From the NCBI GenBank assembly GCA_016699975.1, contig CP064994.1, forward strand, positions 848,311-912,310: 64,000 nucleotides of DNA, given 5' to 3'. Position 1 is the stretch's first letter, and every line of letters begins with the position of its first letter. This DNA is from Candidatus Moraniibacteriota bacterium. Lineage in GTDB: Bacteria; Patescibacteriota; Minisyncoccia; Moranbacterales; UBA1568. Of this stretch, positions 60,157 through 64,000 are shown piece by piece. The notes below the pieces were generated by a model, which saw only the letters and a program-made list of their open reading frames with translations, had not been told where the DNA came from and searched no databases. The translations under genes and the position numbers were made by a program.

Positions 60157-60792
60157 TTAGATACCTTCAACGAAGATCTGGTGAATACCTCCCCGGTTGA
60201 GAATGACAGGACAAAGAGGAACAAAACGAATTGCTCCATTATACGCTTCCTTGAGAGTGGTAACTGCTTGCGAAAAACCTGTCCCTCTGGTACAAACATC
60301 CTCCACAATAAGGATATAAGGATCACAGCCCATGCCATTCATGAGAGAGAAGACGTTCTCCCCGTTCCAATCTTTGTTGAGTTTCCCATATTGGATTCCT
60401 AAAAAAGTCGCCATACTCTCAGCAAGAGCAGTAGCTCCGTTTGGAACCCCAACAATTCCATCTATCCTCGACTCACATTCCTTCAATACTCTTTGTAAGA
60501 GCTGCGTCGCGAAAATCATCCGTATATTTTCTTGTTTAAGAAGAGCCCGCATGTTAAAGAATCCATCACTATGAAGACCCGATTTGAGCTCCGCATGAAA
60601 ACCAGATAACGGCGATTCATAGTCGTATATCCACAAAGCTCCCAGCACTCTTCCGAGATGCGCTATATCTTCCCATGAAAGCGTGCCTACATCCGAGTAA
60701 TGAAGCTTGGGAATGTCTTTATATTGAATATCGGAAATAATCATCATTTCCTCCTTTTCTTCTCTTCGAAGAGGGGTAAGAGAGGGCGACAA
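60157..60792 (-). CDS. pyrE: Type I phosphoribosyltransferase, probably orotate phosphoribosyltransferase
   Basis: PRPP-binding motif ILIVEDVCTRGTG, GIVGVPNGATALA, and an adjacent downstream position relative to pyrF. Confidence 0.55.
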   Translation of the reverse strand: MSPSLTPLRREEKEEMMIISDIQYKDIPKLHYSDVGTLSWEDIAHLGRVLGALWIYDYESPLSGFHAELKSGLHSDGFFNMRALLKQENIRMIFATQLLQRVLKECESRIDGIVGVPNGATALAESMATFLGIQYGKLNKDWNGENVFSLMNGMGCDPYILIVEDVCTRGTGFSQAVTTLKEAYNGAIRFVPLCPVILNRGGIHQIFVEGI

Positions 60793-60894
60793 CAGCGCCC
60801 TCCAGTGAGAATATAACCAATGATCTACATACCAAGAAATATTTCTTATCCTTGGTAATGCAAGCGGAGCTCCTCAACTGTTCTTCGGCATGAT

Positions 60895-61617
60895 TCATTT
60901 AGAGATAGCTGGCACCTGGATTTCCAAAAAAAGTTGCGAGCCCAATACAATGCGATCTGCGCCCAGCCTGAGCGCCTTTCTTGGCGTCATCACTCGACGC
61001 TGATTCTGATTCCCCATCCAGCTGCTCCGTATTCCAGGCACCACTAACTGGTAACGCTTTCCGAAACGATCACGGAGCGCCGTAAGTTCTTGACCACTAC
61101 AAATACACGAATTGATGGGATTTTCCATTTCCAATAGATCTTCAAATTGTTGAAGAAAACGCGTAATCACATTTTCGGGAGATGTCTTCCATACCCTCAT
61201 CACCTCTAGCACATCCATATCGGTTGGCACGATAAAAAGAGAGAGAGACGTGCAAGGGTTCAGTTCATGAAGCTGGAGAACAGCGCGAAAAGAGATAATG
61301 CCGGCGAAAGTAACTCGTAACGGACAAAAGTCTCTATATCGACTGAGCACATTAACATTGGTATCACCAATATCCGCCAGTTTGAGATCAAGAAAAAAAC
61401 CTATACGTGGCCAAAGATCGGAGGACTCCAGAAATCTTCTTATTTCTTGGAGAAACCAGAGCGCATCTTCTCCCCAAAGAAGGTGATTCACTTTTATTTC
61501 ACTCACAAAAGGAATGATTTGAGGGTGGCGATCAAAAAGATGGCGTATAGATCTTAATGCGTCCAGAGCCTTCATATTGTCAGCCGCGAGAATAACAGGT
61601 CTTGGGTGTTCTTGCAT
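60895..61617 (-). CDS. pyrF: Orotidine 5'-phosphate decarboxylase family protein
   Basis: VILAADNM..., LDLKLADIGDT (D.K..DI..T motif) and a C-terminal ...PGIRS...RIVLGSQ. The start is at an internal Met of the 270-aa ORF. Confidence 0.65.
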   Translation of the reverse strand: MQEHPRPVILAADNMKALDALRSIRHLFDRHPQIIPFVSEIKVNHLLWGEDALWFLQEIRRFLESSDLWPRIGFFLDLKLADIGDTNVNVLSRYRDFCPLRVTFAGIISFRAVLQLHELNPCTSLSLFIVPTDMDVLEVMRVWKTSPENVITRFLQQFEDLLEMENPINSCICSGQELTALRDRFGKRYQLVVPGIRSSWMGNQNQRRVMTPRKALRLGADRIVLGSQLFLEIQVPAISK

Positions 61618-61710
61618 GAGAACTTCTCCTCTTGGAAAAATTTTTAAACAAACTCGCTTCGGACATTGCCGAAAGCTCGTTAAGAGCGTAGACGAATGGC
61701 AGGGCACCTG

Positions 61711-64000
61711 TCAATGTTCGTTCGATCGCGAAAGAGAGAGAGCTTCATCCCGATCGCGTACCACAAAATTTATCAACCGGTCGGGCACAAAAATCGTTTT
61801 CACTCGTTCTTTGCCCGAGAGAAACTTCTGCACGTCTTTGTGCTCGAGTACTTTTTCGACCGCGTCTTGTTCCGAGAGACCAGGCACAATCGAAAGCCGC
61901 GCGCGCAACTTACCATTTACCTGAACCGCACATTCCACCCGTTCTTCCTGGAGCAACGACTCATCAAAAGAAGGCCATTCGGAAAACACAATGGATGAGG
62001 GATTCCCGAGACGTTCCCACAACTCTTCCGCAATATGTGGCGCGAAAGGTGAGAGCAGTCGCAAGAGAATTTCGAGTGTATTTCGTGATACTGTCTCTCG
62101 ACGTTCAAACTCGTTTACAAGAATCATGAGGGCGGATATCGCGGTATTGAATCGCATTGCTTCGATGTCTTCCGAAACTTTGCGAATCGTTTTGTGGAGA
62201 AGCGGAAGCAACTGTTCGTCGGCGTTCTCCTTTCCGTCCTTCACGTTCGTCTTCTCCTCATTCATCGCGCTTCCTCCCCTCTTCGGGCTCTCCATATCCA
62301 TTTCATCACTTCTCTCCTCTCTCTTTCTTGCAATCTTCCATATTTTTTCCAGGAAACGACGCGCCCCAGCAATACTCTCCGTGCTCCAAGCAACATTCCG
62401 CTCAAACGGCCCCATGAACATTTCGTACACCCGAAGCGTATCCGCGCCAAATCGTCGCACAATGTCGTCGGGACTGACAACATTCCCTTTCGACTTACTC
62501 ATTTTGACACCGCCTTCGGCCAGAATGAGTCCATGGCTCGTGCGCTTCCTGTAGGGTTCGGATGTCGGAACTACTCCAATGTCGAAGAGAAACTTATGCC
62601 AGAAACGCGAATACAAAAGGTGAAGAGTCGTGTGCTCCATACCGCCATTGTACCAATCAACCGGGGTCCAGAAACGAAGCGCGGCGTCTCCCGCAAGGCA
62701 CTCGCGATTTTTCGGATCAGCATAGCGCAAAAAATACCAACTCGAACCTGCCCAATTGGGCATGGTGTCGGTCTCGCGGCGCGCGGGAGCACCACAAACC
62801 GGGCAGGGCACGCGTACCCACGATTCGATTTCGGCAAGTGGCGATTCTCCCGTATCGGTCGGCTGATACGACGAAACGTTCGGAAGCGTAACTGGCAATT
62901 GCTCTTCCGGAACGGGAATCCAGCCAGCATTCGCCCAGTCCCTTTCCCGGCTCTCATCCTTCGAAACTTCCAACTGAGGGCGATCGACAGGCGAAGTTGT
63001 TGACGCTCCCGGCGCGTGAGAGAGAGGAGTCTCAGAATCGTGCATCTTGGCGTTTGCCCGACACGCTTCACAAAAAATAAGAGGGATCGGTTCGCCCCAG
63101 TATCGCTGCCGAGAAAATACCCAGTCGCGCAATTTATACCGCACCGTTTTTTCTCCACGGCCTCGTTTTTGGAGCCACGCCGTGATTTTCTCCCGCGCTT
63201 CCTCTGAAGAGAGACCGGAAAATTCGCCGGAATGAATAACGATACCGTCCCCCGTAAAACATTCCTCTTTTTTACAAAGTATATTCCACAGATAACGAAA
63301 GTTGGAAAGATTCAAAAATGAATCCATGTCGTTTGCATGAACCCATATTGGGTCGTGATGAAGCGAGTGCTCTTCCTTGGGTTTTTCCCATTCTTCATTC
63401 TCCAACTCAAAAAGCATGCCGACTCCTTCCGCATATCGATTCACATCTTTATGAGCGGCAAAAAAATTCGTGTGAACTTCCCCGCCAATCATTCGAACAA
63501 ATTTCGGATTTCGATATCCAGTCTCCTCGATAATTTCTCTGGTCGCCGCTTCTCCCGGATCTTCACCCTCTTCTACTCCTCCAATAATTCCGGAATGCCA
63601 GCCGAATTTTTTCCAATCGAGGCACAAGTATCGATCTTCATTGCTCCGCTTCAAAAATACGAAAACTGTTTTTCGTCGAACGGTCGGCTTGTCTGAACGA
63701 ACTGCATCTTTTCCGCTCGAATCCGAAAAAAACGGAGCAATCGACTGTCGTATCGAAATGCCGTGTTGCTTCGCAAACGCATTGTCCCGTTCATCATGGG
63801 CGGGAACAGACATCACGGCACCCGTCCCGTAGTGCGCGAGCACATATTCCGCAACAAAGAGTGGCACCCGTTCTTTAGTACAGGGGTGTACCGCCTCGAT
63901 TCCTTCGAGCCTCACCCCTGTTTTTTCTTTCGTGAGATCGGTTCGTTCTTCTTCGGTTTTCCGCCGGACACCGATACAGTATTCCTTGACCGCCTCCCAA
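61711..64000 (-). CDS. leuS: Leucyl-tRNA synthetase. It is partial because the N-terminal HIGH and CP1 editing regions lie beyond the window end. A complete NUDIX domain is inserted in frame at the leucyl-specific-domain position.
   Basis: GTGAVMSVPAHDERDNAFAKQHGI, GEFSGL...YKLRDWVFSRQRYWGEPIP, VKMSKSKGN and the C-terminal anticodon-binding region are present. Residues ~57-245 (nt ~63180..63747) contain GGVEEGEDPGEAATREIIEETGY, a Nudix box. Confidence 0.85.
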   Translation of the reverse strand, partial: WEAVKEYCIGVRRKTEEERTDLTKEKTGVRLEGIEAVHPCTKERVPLFVAEYVLAHYGTGAVMSVPAHDERDNAFAKQHGISIRQSIAPFFSDSSGKDAVRSDKPTVRRKTVFVFLKRSNEDRYLCLDWKKFGWHSGIIGGVEEGEDPGEAATREIIEETGYRNPKFVRMIGGEVHTNFFAAHKDVNRYAEGVGMLFELENEEWEKPKEEHSLHHDPIWVHANDMDSFLNLSNFRYLWNILCKKEECFTGDGIVIHSGEFSGLSSEEAREKITAWLQKRGRGEKTVRYKLRDWVFSRQRYWGEPIPLIFCEACRANAKMHDSETPLSHAPGASTTSPVDRPQLEVSKDESRERDWANAGWIPVPEEQLPVTLPNVSSYQPTDTGESPLAEIESWVRVPCPVCGAPARRETDTMPNWAGSSWYFLRYADPKNRECLAGDAALRFWTPVDWYNGGMEHTTLHLLYSRFWHKFLFDIGVVPTSEPYRKRTSHGLILAEGGVKMSKSKGNVVSPDDIVRRFGADTLRVYEMFMGPFERNVAWSTESIAGARRFLEKIWKIARKREERSDEMDMESPKRGGSAMNEEKTNVKDGKENADEQLLPLLHKTIRKVSEDIEAMRFNTAISALMILVNEFERRETVSRNTLEILLRLLSPFAPHIAEELWERLGNPSSIVFSEWPSFDESLLQEERVECAVQVNGKLRARLSIVPGLSEQDAVEKVLEHKDVQKFLSGKERVKTIFVPDRLINFVVRDRDEALSLSRSNEH

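Overview
This 64-kb bacterial window has moderate GC and carries AT-rich accessory islands. Gene content, together with insertions in core enzymes, suggests a small-genome, Patescibacteria/CPR-like organism; this is inference only.

Left third (1-24 kb) is housekeeping: a type IV pilus operon pilM-pilN-pilO-pilB (-), clpC and comFC (+), a thymidylate/dNTP cluster dcd-thyA-folA with CYTH, CofE-like and SPFH genes (-), secE-nusG-rplK-rplA (-), and dnaE plus miaA (+). A ~2.54-kb block is present twice (12341-14875 and 17181-19727), flanking the ribosomal-protein cluster. It comprises the dnaE 5' end, a divergent promoter region, a small membrane protein and a ~560-aa cysteine-rich secreted protein. 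The two copies differ almost only by homopolymer-length indels that break the reading frames at different positions.

Middle (24-41 kb) is accessory. (1) A 2.9-kb insertion bounded by 86-bp direct repeats of the miaA 3' end carries a PL1 pectate-lyase-like secreted protein and an IS3 remnant. (2) An AT-rich stretch of decayed genes follows. (3) A nested inverted-repeat structure: ~190-bp inverted repeats (31170-31360 and 38945-39133) enclose a Type IIS-like restriction-modification operon. Immediately adjacent, ~126-bp inverted repeats (39130-39255 and 40678-40805) enclose a frameshifted large serine recombinase and abut the 3' end of tRNA-Ser(GCU). The R-M operon is C-protein, RadC(JAB)-Dam fusion methyltransferase, AlwI/N.BstNBI-family endonuclease, beta-class methyltransferase, and an unknown ~505-aa terminal gene split by an IS630 element.

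Right third (41-64 kb): an RRM RNA-binding protein, a DUF2177-DUF1295-L,D-transpeptidase fusion, tspO, a belt of decayed genes (YdeI, HAD, Nudix), tandem ~1.1-kb repeats that each end in a partial tRNA 3' end next to tRNA-Ser(UGA), and tRNA-Arg. There is also a secreted cohesin-like/TSP1-repeat protein beside two FN3 proteins with dockerin-like tails. Further genes are a CBS-pair protein, recG, mpg, a GT2 glycosyltransferase with an in-frame TAA, pyrE, pyrF, and a partial leuS carrying an in-frame NUDIX domain insertion.

Many ORFs (pilB, miaA, recombinase, IS630, the NDT-like gene, the LDT fusion, HAD, both cysteine-rich copies) are interrupted by 1-nt indels in homopolymer runs. This pattern looks like sequencing or assembly error rather than pseudogenisation. 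No rRNA and no CRISPR array were found.
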